Assembly (NCBI GenBank): GCA_951406725.2
Contig: OX597823.1
Coordinates: forward strand, 62,062,001-62,126,000
Reading direction: 5' to 3'
Length of the DNA: 64,000 nucleotides
Source of the DNA: Octopus vulgaris
Taxonomy: Eukaryota
Below the pieces are notes generated by a model, which was given only the letters and a program-made list of their open reading frames with translations, searched no databases and was not told the DNA's origin. Below are positions 39,869 through 52,636 of this stretch, one piece after another. The number at the start of each line of letters is the position of its first letter. Positions within the stretch are counted from its first letter, which is position 1. A program made the position numbers and the translations under genes.

Positions 39869-42800
39869 ATGTGATTAAAAAGATTGGTTCACAATCATGC
39901 AGTTTCAGATTCGATCTTGCTACATGACACTTGGGGCAAAAATTTCCTACAAAAGCCTTCTTTGGAGGCTTGCTGCCCAAATTGTAGTTATTCTGGGGGC
40001 AGTATATTTAATCCATAGCCCTGTTTAAGTCCCATATGGCTAATGGGTGTCATTAATGGATTCTACTTTATTTCAAGCATCGGACATTGTCTTTTATTTC
40101 TTCCTCCTTTTCTGCCATCAGTCTTTGATGTCCTGCAAAACAGTCACAGAAATAGGTCTTCCTGTTTTTGACTAGGCTATAAAACTCTAAAACTATATAA
40201 ATCATACTACTAGAAAAAATGTGAAGCTCTAACTAGTGGTTTCTTAATACAGATTCATTTCATGCTTTCTTTCAAATTAGATCTAACATCCCCAGGGCTT
40301 AAATTTTAACCTTATATAAACTCATTAACTCTTTTATTTCATACTTATATCTACTTTAACAAATTGAGATTTTATGTATTATGATATAATTTTAGTAGAA
40401 TTGAAATGATCTTTTACTCTCCATAATGAACCTCACCACACAAATCTATTTACAAAGTCAAGAGGATCCTATTAAGAAGATGACAACCTTTTCAGTAGTG
40501 ATACATGATAAACTACATCTCGTACACTTTGTAAAGTATTTGGTGTTGAGAAGTGCACCCAGCTGTAGAAACCATGTCAAAAACAGAATACATGAGCAAG
40601 ATATGGCCCCCTAGCTCATCTAGGAGGGCAGTAACTATGACTAAGAATTTACACATGCTAGTAGTATGTAATGGGCACACACTGATGATGACAACAAAGA
40701 AAGATGACCATGACAAGATGCTGTTGATATTTATTCAGTTTAGACACAAATCAGAAGCATTCAGTTTAAATTTTTGATATTCAGAAATTTAAGGAGGATT
40801 TTGATTCAGGTATATCTTCTGCTGATAGCATATATACTGATTTACCAATTAGCAGAATCATAAGTATTTTTATCATTTTGATTAGATGGCATGTGAATGA
40901 TGGTAAGTTAGAATCTCAGTCTTAATACAGTCTGAGAGCCTCTGACAAGTGTGAACAGGACGTCCAAGAGAAATTTAACGAAGCAAAACATGACTGCTTT
41001 CAGGCCTTGGGAAGGAATGTCATCTTAGTAGTCAAAGGGGCTGTGAGATTTCTTTAGAATGAGAGCCTGACAGATTGTCACTGGCCCCTTTTGGACTCTT
41101 CAGGCCCTGTACCAGCTGAACACACTTCTTAAAGGCCTCCATCTTCTTTCTTTTTTTCTCTTGCTCTTTGAAAGAAAATCTATATAGAAGTATGATTAGA
41201 TAATCTATACCTTTAGGTAATTGTGTATAATTTCTCCAGTTCTGTAAATTCTGCCATCTTTAATATATATCATCCCAGCTGTCGTATCTTTACAACCTTC
41301 TGTTGTTTGAATTGAGAAATTGCCTTCATTATTTTTATTTTACTTTCATTTCAGTGCTAGGAATTTTCTAACTTAAAGATTTGTGATTTGTTGTGTAACA
41401 CTTTATATTCTTAAACATGATGACGACAACAACAACAACAAGGGCAAATAACCTCAGTTTACATTACATTACATTTGTGGTTTAGTTTTACTGCAGTGAC
41501 AGTAAAGATCCAATTTTCCTTCTTCTGCGTAGAGATTAATGCCAGTAATGGCAACATTTCTAAAAGCTTCTATTCTGGCTATGTGAATAAGCAATAAAAG
41601 GGAATAAAATTAGCACAGCTACAGATGCAATGTCATGTGTTATGATTCTGTTTGGTATATCAAATAGATGTATTTCCTAAGAGAGTTCCCAGTAATGTCT
41701 AACTATAGAAAAAATTAAACCCAAGCACACAATATATTGTCTGCTCTAGGAATCACCCCCTCTGACCTTGCAATCATGTATCCAAACATATATATATATA
41801 TATATATATATAACAAAATCAAACTCATAACAAGGTGTGTTGTTAGCTCATGGGTTTGTATAACATGTTTATATTCCTCGGGCTGCTTCTAATTCATGTG
41901 TGTATGTGTGTGTGTGTGTGTGCGTGTGCGCACTAAAGGGACTTTTGAATCAGTCTGTATACTATTTGTATATGGTGTCAGTATTAGTTCAGCCAGCTAT
42001 TCAAATTATAAATAAATTAAAATACAACTTATTAATTAGATGGTTGAAAACAATTTCAGAGAACATTTTGACTTTCTTGATCTTTTCACTCAGAGAAGAC
42101 ATGGAAGTCATTCCTTATTAATCATTTTTTTTATTACATGAGATAACAGCAGAGAAGCAGAGATGTCAAAACAACCAATATAAATTTGATAGAATCAAAA
42201 TGTTTACCTTTAAATCTGATTTATAACGAAAAAATAAAGTATAAATATCTATGGTTTGTTTTATTCATACAACTGTCATTATCAATGACAGTTTTATGAA
42301 TAAAATTGCTGTTTTATTCTTGGAAAATGGACTGTGATAAATTTTATTCACATATTTGAAATCCTCCACAACTCCCCATAATTAAGAGAAAGAAACATCC
42401 AGTTAAAGTAACTATGAGAAGTATATTTTGATTTCTGTTTACCAACTCAGAACACTAAACTCCAAAGGCATTAGTAACTTTCCTTGGTGTTCAGAAAATG
42501 GTAAATAGTTTACAAGTGTGATAGATGCTCTAGGAGTAATGCTAAATTGGATAGTTATTGAAATACTGTCAAACTCAGATACTACAAATGGTCTGAGTCC
42601 ATGAAATGCAGCAATTCATTAATTTAAAATCGTATCTATGTTCATTAAGTGACCTTCATCATTTCAAAATACATTAATTTTATAAATTTATCATTATTTA
42701 AATCTATAGGAATTCTATTCTTATAATACGCATAATATATGCACACATTTATTTATAAAACATCAATAAATCTGATCTCAATCAGTAACTAATTATCATT

Positions 42801-43046
42801 AAAATTTAATGACGATGATGATGATGATGAAAATAATAATGCTGATTCATAGGATTCATTTGTCATAGAAACTTCCTGTTGATCAATAGCTCAAGAATTG
42901 GTTCTGTTTGAATGTCAAGACAATCTCTTTGTAACTATTTGGTTTCTAATATCCATTTTATAATGTGAAATGAAAAACAAAGCAAAAACAAATAACATAA
43001 AATTTTCAACAAATTGAAAATTATTTCCTATTTTTCTGTGTTGTAG

Positions 43047-43205
43047 GTCAGACTTGTTACAATCGTCAAAGAAGCTGATGAAGGACTCGGTTTAAGTGTA
43101 AAAGGTGGTGCTGAACACAAATTACCAGTTCTTATCTCCCGTATTGTGAAAGGCCTTGCTGCTGATCGATCTGGTCAACTATTCGTTGGGGATGCCATTT
43201 TAAAG
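43047..43205 (+). CDS. SNTG1: Gamma-syntrophin-like exon, PDZ domain first part, phase 0-0
   Basis: tttttctgtgttgtag|GTC...AAG|gtaac; 159 nt = [65 protein letters not shown] and LFVGDAIL are syntrophin PDZ signatures. Confidence 0.95.
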
Positions 43206-43374
43206 GTAACTGCTTCTAAATATCTACATTGCCACTCGTCAATTATTATCTTTCAGTCTTAAGTATATCTACAGTACTTCACAGAATATTCATGTATATT
43301 CAAACAAAATCTGATAAAAGATTTGGAAAACTTAAGAATATATTTAAAAAAAAAACAAAGCAAAGCAAATAGAC

Positions 43375-43510
43375 ATAGGCATGGCTGTGTGCTAAGAAGT
43401 TTGGTTCCAGACCACTTGGTTCCAGTTTCAGTCCCACTGCATAGCACCTCAGGTAAATGTCTTCTACAATAGGCCTGAGCTGGCCAATGTCTTGTAACTG
43501 AAAGAAATCC

Positions 43511-43578
<68 letters not shown>

Positions 43579-43800
43579 CGTGTGTGCACATATGTTTGTG
43601 TTGTATTTGTCCCCTACCACTGCTTGACAACCAGTGTTGGTTTGTTTAAGTCCACTGTGACTTAGCAGTTTGTCAAAAGAGACCTATAGGATGGATTACC
43701 AGGCTTAAAAAGTAAGTGCTGTGATCATTCTGTTTGATTAAAACCCTTCAAGCAGTGCTCCAGCATGACCACAGTAATCACATAAACAAGTAAAAGGTAA
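43375..43800 (+). mobile_element. Dominant-family SINE with a long internal (TG)n
   Basis: GGCATGGCTGTGTG head, (TG)n at ~43513-43590, AAACAAGTAAAAG tail. Confidence 0.8.
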
Positions 43801-43947
43801 CATAAAAATGCTTACTAAAGGATCATTTCAGTGTAATTCAACAAGTGTCTGTCATGAAAGTTCTTAAATTTTCCTCATTTATTGGTAACTATTGAAAGGA
43901 GCATTTGCAAGGGAAGTCATCGCTCCCATCTCTAGCCTTACGGGATA

Positions 43948-43991
43948 CTCACAGACCTAGGTTTCTGGATGTTTTCATTCCTCAGTGTGAG
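43948..43991 (-). ncRNA. Type I minimal hammerhead motif with damaged stem II
   Basis: Minus strand: CTCACA CTGAGGA ATG-AAAA-CAT-CCA GAA ACCTAGGT C TGTGAG. Perfect 6-bp stem I, palindromic stem III and GUC site. Confidence 0.7.
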
Positions 43992-44115
43992 ACAGCTGAG
44001 GGCTAAAACAACAGTAACATCGTACTTTATAGGATTGCCACATTCTGTTGGCATATAAACATTACTATCCAGTACTGTTACTGTATATCTCTCACTCAGA
44101 GATTTAGATCAAGTT

Positions 44116-44260
<145 letters not shown>

Positions 44261-45544
44261 CCTACATCTGTTTATTGTTTACACATCCGTCTTCATCTTT
44301 TGTTCTTTTGTAAATTCTCTCCCTCTCTCTGTCTCTCTCTCTCTCTCATATATACATATATCTCAAAAGCATCCACACAGTTTTTGTTTACTATGTTTGA
44401 CATGAAAGGCATTGGGAAACTTGATACTATGGTAGAATGCACTTGCTTAAATTCTTATGTTGTGGAATCAAATCCGTGTATATAACTGTAAAACAAATTT
44501 CTTAACCACACAGCCATGCCTGAATTCTTTTTCTTTTTTTTTTTTTTGTCTTTTGAAAGAAAACCTTATATGTTGCTTTGGATTTGTATAAATTCAATAA
44601 TAAATTTTGTCACTACAATTCTTTGATAAAATTTACTTTGATAAATTTCTTTAAAGTTAACAGACAACTTAGTAACCATAAGAGTGATATCAAAAAAATA
44701 AAAACAGCTAATATCAAACTTTTGAGTTTTCTTTTATAGTTTGAGTATCTTCTAAAGAAAGTCAGTTTTAGCAGACCACTATTTTTTGAATTTATCTCAG
44801 AAAGCTGTTTGCAAAAGTTTCCTAATCGTCGTCCTCATGTAGCATTCTAATCCACTTCTAGAAAGCTTACTCAAACCTTAAAGCTGTGAAGAAAGATAAA
44901 TTTTTGACTTATCATACCTTGATCAAAACCAAGTTACTAGAGCTAAACAAAACAGATTTTTTTTAAACTGTCAACTGCAGAAAACCACTACTAAACATTG
45001 AAGTGAACAGTTTTATTGCTAAAAATGTAAACTTCACAAGACTGCTGAATATATCAATCTAAGAATGCAAAATTCCCCTGAGAAATGCTAAAAAGAGACA
45101 ACTAAAAAGAAAGAAAAAATTAGTGAAGTAAATGTAATTATTAGTTATGTAATTTTCAGTCTAAAATTACTCTTGTTACCATTCTCAGTTACTTCATTAC
45201 AAAACAAGTTACTTAAATGTAATTTTGGTGTCTAACTTCGGTACAAAACCATTAATGTAGGGTAAAGGTATATAAATCATCAAACAAAACACCTTCAGTA
45301 CTTAATACTGTCTTTACCCTTTCGTTAGCATGTCTAATGAAATACACTTCCCAATATCAGTTTTTTTTTTAATTAACATGGATTTGTGAGGCTTTAGCAA
45401 TATAACTAACTCTTCCATTAGGGTTTTTTAAACAATATTGAAGGGTCTTGCTTAAAATTATGATACAAGATTTAACTTAAACGCTTTAATTACAAAACTG
45501 AATTTTATGATCATTTGAGTAATGATGTTAGATATTTTTTAATA

Positions 45545-45945
45545 CTCTTACTTGTTTCAGTCATTTGACTATGGCCATGCTGGAACACTGCCTTGAAGAG
45601 TTTTAGTCAAACAAATCAACCCCAGGACATTTTTTCAGTCTAGTACTTATTCTACCAGACTCTTTTGCTGAACCACTAAGTTACAGGGGCATAAACTCAC
45701 CAACACTGGTTGTCAAGTGGTGGTGAGGGGAACAAACACAGACACACATACACAATTATATATATATGTGTGTGTGTGTGTGTGTGCAATAGGGCATCTT
45801 TCAGTTTGCATCTACCAAATCCACTCACAAGGCTTTGGTTGGCCTGAGGCTATATAGAAGACACTTGCCCAAGGTGCCATGCAGTGGGACTGGACCTGGC
45901 ACAATGTGGTTGGGAAGCAAGCTTCTTACCACACAGCCATGCCTG
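45545..45945 (-). mobile_element. Dominant-family SINE (antisense)
   Basis: Reverse-complement match to 39433-39868. Confidence 0.85.
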
Positions 45946-45948
45946 CAA

Positions 45949-45987
<39 letters not shown>

Positions 45988-46177
45988 TACACAAACACAC
46001 CAAAAAATGCTTACTTAATTTCACATAACATCAAGGAAGTAGGGGTAAGGTCAATTGTCAATTGGATTAACCCACAAAATATTACAGGTACTTTATTTTG
46101 ACCTCAGGAGGTGTAAATTAAAAAAAAAAAGTAATCCCTGTAGGTTCTGAATTCATCACAAAGAGAAGTAATAAGAT

Positions 46178-46610
46178 ATTGGTTACAAATTTTGGCACAA
46201 GGCCAGAAATTTCAGGGGAGGGGGTAAATTGATTACATCAACCCCAATGCTCAACTGGTACTTATTTTGTTAACCCCAAAAGGATGAAAGGTAAAACCAA
46301 TCTCAGTGGAATTTGAACTTAGAATGTAATGATGGATAAAATGCTGCTAGGCATACAGTTCTGCCAGCCCACTGCTTTGAAGCATCTAAATATTGGTTTC
46401 AAATTTGGGTACAAGGACAGTGATTTCGGGGGTGGGGTGGGGTGGGGGTTAAGTTGATCACATCAACCCCAGTGCTCAACTGCTACCTATTTTACTGATC
46501 CAAAAAGAATGAAAGACAAACTTGACCTTGGTTGAATTTGAGCTCAGAACATAAAGACAGACAAAATGGTGCTAAGCATTTTGTCCAGCATACTAATGAT
46601 TCTCAAATAG
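46178..46610 (-). mobile_element. Two tandem antisense copies of the SINE-like unit of the 49518-51270 array
   Basis: TATTGGTT(A/T)CAAATT..GGCACAAGGCC...GAATTTGAACT repeated twice; further copies at ~57320-57830 and 63845-64000. Confidence 0.75.
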
Positions 46611-47019
46611 TTGGTAGCTTTTTCTAAGCACAAATATCCTTTACATTAGATTTATGCTAAGAATTACAGGATAGATACAGTTGACTACATAACTTGACTG
46701 TTACTTATTTTGTTGACCTTGAAAGGATGATCATTGACCTCAAGGGACTTGAGATCAGCTCTGCCTTCTGTCTTTGATAATATTAATTACACATAGCTAA
46801 CATTATAAAAATAAAAGTAAGCTCCTGTTTCCGAGAGTTTGAGATCCTGCTTTATTCTTCCATTGTAATTAATTCACTTAACTTAGATTGTTAATGACAT
46901 GAAGAAAGTTGTGAAGGCCACATTTCATTTAATTTCCCCTCTCTTAAAGTTCTCCAACTTCACAGAGATGACTGATACATTGTGATACTAGTTTGAACAT
47001 ATTACACTATCTTGTTTAA

Positions 47020-47253
47020 CCCTTTTGATACCAACCTGCCTGAGATCTCTCTTGGTTTTGTGGTACAAGCCTACTACTTAAAGTGATTTAAATTAAAATC
47101 ACAAAGTGATTTAAATTAGAATTTTCCATTAATATTTCATGTTATGTTCCAAGCATCAGCCTAATAATGACAGAAGTTATTTTACTATTTTCTTTATTTT
47201 CAAAATTAACTGAATCAAAGAGGTATTTCAAGGGAAATATGGTAACAAAAGGA
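47020..47253. mobile_element. piggyBac-like MITE, family A
   Basis: TTAA-CCCTTTTGATACC ... GGTAACAAAAGGA-TTAA. Confidence 0.8.
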
Positions 47254-47546
47254 TTAATGCCTCGCTACTTCTCCGAATTCAAATTCCACTGTGATTTGAC
47301 TTTTCCTTTCATCCTTCAAAAGCTTATGTAATATACTGAATGTTACACTAGAAAACTAGCAATTAGACCTTGTGAGGAAGAATTGATATTTAGTGGAGTG
47401 TGGGTTAAGGGTTAGTGATTTGGATGAAACAGTATAATGCTTGAGAAATTGTATTCAACTATTTATTGAAGATTTATTCTTCCATGTTCTGAGTTCAAAT
47501 CTCATAAGGGTTGAATTTTGCCTTTTACCCTTCTGGATTTGAAGTA

Positions 47547-47769
47547 CAGTAATCTCTTGACTACAGTGGGTGTTATGTACAAACCCCGCATCTTAGGTGA
47601 AAAATCTGTGAAGTAGAAACAGTACTCTACTGTATTTTTTTTTTTTTATCATTTTTATAATTTGTATATATTTATTTTATCATAAATGCAAAGCAACACC
47701 ACAGAGGAATCGACGTAGCTTAAATAATAAACTGTGATTGGTGAACTGCAACATGGCAAGGGATTACTG
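47547..47769. mobile_element. Tc1/mariner-superfamily (Tigger/pogo-like) MITE
   Basis: TA TSDs; TIRs CAGTAATCTCTTG / CAAGGGATTACTG. Confidence 0.85.
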
Positions 47770-48895
47770 TATCAGCTGGAGCAATCTGAAATACCTATAC
47801 ACGTTCTTATGCAATATAAGCTGTTGTGCTTAGTCAGTACATGGAGACAATTCAGTTAGCATGGAAATGAATTATTCTATATAAATCACCAATGTCACCT
47901 CCACCACCACATTCTTTGTTTTCCTATAGAGCTAAGGGTTGGATAAGTTTGCACTACAATAAGCTGTCACTTGTCTTCATCTTGTATTGACTCATTTGGA
48001 TGACTCAAAATGTTGACACATAATCTCATTACTTTCTCCCATGTCTCCAACAATCTATCTGTACATGAAATTTTACAACTGAAGCAGCCACCACAGTGAT
48101 GGATCTCTGTTGTTGCCTTATCTGCTAGAAATAGCTGCTAAATTTCTCTCAAATTACAGCCTGTCATCTTAGAAGAAAGTGGAGGACACATTCATTCTTG
48201 TAATCTCAGGATATGGTATGCCGAAGAAAAAAAACTGACAAGTGGTCATGGTTGGAATGCTTTTTTATCATAGGTCTTTGTTTAGCCCAAAGCCATAGAC
48301 AATGTTGGGTTAAATAACTACTCATGGTTATAATGAGGGTGGTGATAAGAAAATCTTTATTATAATGGAGCTTATGTAAATATATGTATATATGTAACTG
48401 AAATGTTTTCTGCTTTTCTTCTGACCATCTCTCACACCCTTCCTAAATAACACCTACCTCATGCTTCCACTTAAGTGTAACAGAGATGGAGAGAGAAAGA
48501 GAATTGCTTGCTGGCAGACAAATATATCATCCGATCTTCCTGTTGTATGACTGCATAACTGTATTTCCCTTCCACATTTGATGATGCTTATGCATATCAG
48601 CTGGACTTGTTCTTCAACAAGAGAGCGGCTACATGGTCACTTGCCCTGCCTGCTGAAAATAACAGAGCCAAATGTCTCCTTCAAATCGTAAACTAACTTA
48701 AATGAAGGATGTTGGATAGTTCTGGATAAATGGCTAGATGAGATGGTCAAGACTGGATCACCATTCGTTATAAGTTTCTTCAGTCAAGGCTGATCAGGAG
48801 TTACACAACAAACAGATTTAATAACATGTTTAATTTCCCTCAGATCACGACCTACCACCTTAAATTAGGAGAGCTTACACACACGCACATGAATA

Positions 48896-48927
<32 letters not shown>

Positions 48928-49658
48928 TACATAAACTATGAGAATATAGTTCAGAGAGCACTTTTTCTCTTAGTAATAATAAAATCAATTAGAAGATTAG
49001 AAATAAATAAAACAAAAGAAAAAGAAAAACCACTGCTAAACAACACTATTAATATCTTTTCTTCATATATATGTTTTTTATATATTTCCTTATCCATTAA
49101 ATCCTTCTTATAATGTTGTACTGCACACAATCTAGCATTTCTGATATTATCTCAATGTGTGACTAACAGCAAATAAATCAATACATAACTTATTATTTCA
49201 TCTGTGGTTTGTTTCCGTTTTATTTTTATTATCTATTTTTTTTTTTGGAAAACTGTTTTGTTTTTGATATATCGATTATTGATGCAAATGTGTGGGTGTG
49301 TATGTACACACACACACACACACCCTGGTTATTATCTTGGGGATTTTATTGGGGTTTTTTTTATATTCAATTTACCCTTGGATATAATCTTTTTGTTATT
49401 GTTGTTAGCTCTTTACAAATTGAATAATTTATGGATTAATTTCAATATCAAATCCTTGCCGCTCAAATGCAAGATGGAGATTTCGTCTTAATATTTGTTA
49501 CTACTTTCACTTAGTGAAAGGTGACAAGCTGGCGGAATCATTAGTACACTGTGCAAAATGCTTAGCAACATTTCTTCCAGTTATTTAGATTCTGAGTTTA
49601 ACTTCCACCAAGGATAAAATAAGTACCAGTTATACATTGAGACCATTGTATTTAACTA

Positions 49659-50225
49659 CTGGGTTGTCCGGAAAGTTCATGCCGACTTTTAAAGGAAAGA
49701 AAAAGGTCAATAAATACTTGCCATTACATTTTTAATCAACCAAATATGAACCATTTTGTTGCACAATGCGTCTCCATCTTACCTTTAACTTGAAAATACC
49801 CTCTTCCCAGAAATGAGGTGGTTTCATGGCAAAGAATTCGTCAAGGTATCTTTTTACGTCATCCAAGGAATTGAAATTTTTACCATTAAGACTATTCTGC
49901 AGAGACCTGAATAAGTGGAAATCTGAAGGAGCAATATCTGGTGAATATGGAGGGTGGGGTAACACATTCTAGCCGAGCTGCAGCAATTTTTGTCTCATTC
50001 CCAAAACATCAAGTGCCAAAAATGAACTTTCTTATCTTCCATTTTATAGGATTACAGAATTAACACAGGTTATAGGAACATAAATCTTCTTCCACGCAAA
50101 GATAGCTTAAACTGTTCTTTTAAATGGAGGTGTAGTCAAATCTTATTTTATGGACTCAACCATGTTCTAAAATATGTCGAAATGTAAGCTACTATAAATC
50201 GGCACAAACTTTCCGGACAAACCAA
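49659..50225 (-). mobile_element. Internally deleted mariner transposon
   Basis: TA TSDs; ~30-bp TIRs (C/T)TGG(G/T)TTGTCCGGAAAGTT..TGCCGA; contains both ends of a transposase gene. Confidence 0.95.
49732..50042 (-). pseudogene. Mariner transposase remnant (first ~15 codons fused to the C-terminal ~88 codons)
   Basis: MEDKKVHFWHLMFWE* from 50042, then in another frame RQKLLQLG*NVLPHPPYSPDIAPSDFHLFRSLQNSLNGKNF...GSYLVD. YSPD(L/I)APSD is the mariner catalytic motif. Confidence 0.92.
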
Positions 50226-51330
50226 TAGCTCCCACCCTCAAAATTTCAGGCCTTGTGCCCATAGTAGAAAGGATTATTATTATTATTATCATCATTATTA
50301 TTATCATTAATAAGGCAGTGAGCTGACAAAATTGTTAGTGTGCCAGGCGAAATGCTTAGCAGTATTTCACCTGTTGCTACTTTTCAAGTTCAAATTCTGC
50401 CGAAGTCGACTTTGTGTTTCATCCTTTTGGGATCAATAAATTAGGTACTGAGGTCGATGTAATTCACTTACTCCCTTCCCACAAATTTCAGGCCTAGTGT
50501 CCAGAGTAGAAAGGATTATTATTAAGGCAGTGAGCTGGCAGAATTGTTAGCAGGCTGCACAAAATGTTTAGTAGCATTTCATTGATCTGTATGTTCTGTG
50601 TTCAAATTCTGCCATGGCCAACTTTGCCTTTCGTCTTTTGAGATCAATGAAATAAATACCAATCAAGCATGGGGTCAATGTAATTGACTGGCATCCTTCC
50701 CAAAATTCCAGGCCTTGTACTTATAGTAGAAAGGATTACTATTATTATTATTATTAAGGTGGCGAGCTAGCAAGTTCAATAGCACACTGGGCAAAATGAT
50801 AAGCGGTATTTTGCTCATCACTATGTTTAAGTTCAAATTCCACCAAGGTCAACTTTGCTTTTCATTCTTTCAGGGTCGATAAATTAAGTATTGGTGAAAC
50901 ACTAGAGTTAATGTAGTCCCCTCCTCTGAAATTTTAGGTCTTGTGCCCTTAGGAAAAAGGATTTTTATTATTATTATTAAGGCAAGCTGATGAAATCGTT
51001 AGATCATTGGAAAAATGTTTGCTGCCTTTTTACATTCTGGGTTCAAATCGTACCAAGATCAAATTTGTCTTTTATTCTTTCAGAGCTGGTGAAATAAAGT
51101 AAGAGGTTGATGATATAGATTAAGTCCCTTCTCTCAAAACTACTGGCCTTGTGCTTAAATCTGAAACCCTTATTAGTATTAATATTTGGACAATATCTTT
51201 TAGGATTGATGAAATAAGTACCAGTTGAGCCCTGGGGTTGATGTACTGGCCTTGTGCCAAAATTTCGAACGGATATCTGATCAATGTTGTTCTTGAATAT
51301 TAGGTTGTTGTTGAACCCCACTTCAACCTA

Positions 51331-51743
51331 TACTCTTTTACCTTTCTACTTGTTTCAGTCATTTGACTGTAGCCATGCTGGAGCACTGCCTTTAGTCGAG
51401 CAAATCAACCCCCAGGGCTTATTCTTTGTAAGCCTAGTACTTATTCTATCAGTCTCTTTTGCCGAACCACTAAATTATGGGGACATAAATACACTAGCAT
51501 CATTGTCAAGCAATGTTGGGGGGACAAACACAGACACACAAACATACACACACACATACATATATATATACACATATATACAACAGGCTTCTTTAAGTTT
51601 CTGTCTACCAAATCCACTCACAAGGCTTTGGGCGGCCCGAGGCTATAGTAGAAGACACTTGCCCAAGGGGCCATGCAATGGGACTGAACCCAGAACCATG
51701 TGGTTGGTAAGCAAGCTACTTACCACACAGCCACCCCTGTGCC
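51331..51743 (-). mobile_element. Dominant-family SINE (antisense)
   Basis: Reverse-complement match to 17958-18362; accounts for ORF 51284-51751. Confidence 0.9.
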
Positions 51744-52251
51744 TATATTGAGTAGATGCATGATCAAAAGAAATCATTCAAGACCATCCTCTCTTTTCAG
51801 TAGATTATCCAAATTATTCTTCCTTATTTAAAACATCCTGATGTGTTTTGAGGGTGATTGGACATAGCAATCAGTTAATTTAGGTAAAAAGTTTCTCGTT
51901 CAAATCCAGTTAGATGTATGTACATATTTTATTTGATACTTTAATAATTCTGCTAATCCACTAGCCATGATAATATCAACTTAACAAGTGGAACCTCTAT
52001 GTAGTTGCTTAGTCTGATAAAAGATCGTACCCACTAAATGAAACAATAAATTATACAAAATACCCCTACGAGACATGATGGTTATTTGACTTTTACACAC
52101 CTTATAAATAAGGGCTTATTAATAATATTTATTAGTAAAATATTTGAATTTCTCTCAGTTAGGTACATCCCATTACAGCTATCATGGCTGTTTATATGTA
52201 TTCTTTACTTCTTGCCTAGTCAAAAATAACATATATATATATATATATATA

Positions 52252-52470
52252 TATTTATCAAAGTATACAGCATTATAGTTTCATTTCAGCCAATGTTACT
52301 AATTGGTTTTACATTAGATATTAGATAACAGGTATACTTCCCAGCTATGAAAAGCATATATATTCGATAACCAGCCCATTATCTAATATTCATTTATCTA
52401 ATATCTGGTGTGAAACCGATTGGTAAGATTGAATGAAGCGGATCTATAATACTGTATACTTTGATTAATA
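52252..52470. repeat. 77-bp imperfect inverted repeat (fold-back / MITE-like)
   Basis: 52252-52328 versus the reverse complement of 52394-52470: 63/77 identical without gaps by manual alignment. Confidence 0.9.
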
Positions 52471-52512
52471 TACCCATTCTATTGACAAATATGTGTGCTT
52501 ATTTATTTTCAG

Positions 52513-52636
52513 GTTAATAGTGTTAGTGTTGAAATAGCAACTCATGATGAAGTGGTCCAAGCCCTAAAGAACGCCGGGGAGAAGTTAACGCTGACCGTGA
52601 AACATTTCAAGCAAGCATCATATTTTCTCAACAGGG
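52513..52636 (+). CDS. SNTG1: Gamma-syntrophin-like exon, PDZ domain second part, phase 0-1
   Basis: ttattttcag|GTT...AGG G|gtatgt; 124 nt = VNSVSVEIATHDEVVQALKNAGEKLTLTVKHFKQASYFLNR+G. Completes the PDZ domain (H-x-E-V-V-x-x-L-K-N-A-G...LTV) in frame with the previous exon. Confidence 0.95.

Larger units (their letters stand above)
49518..51270 (+). repeat. Head-to-tail array of about five ~210-235-bp SINE-like units with (ATT)n spacers
   Basis: Units start near 49518, 50312, 50524, 50756 and 50979 (AAGGC/TG..GAGCTGGCAGAA...GTTCAAATTC...GTAGAAAGGATTATT). Confidence 0.85.

Noticed and set aside
51284-51751. 155-aa ORF and similar ORFs with recurring peptides (DGLLSVS.YQIHSQGFG, RRHLPKVPCSGTEP)
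   Set aside because: These are translations of the dominant SINE and its microsatellites, not genes.
52400-52440. GAAA-CCGATTGG-TA resembling a hammerhead 3' half
   Set aside because: No upstream CUGANGA or stem II; explained as an arm of the inverted repeat.
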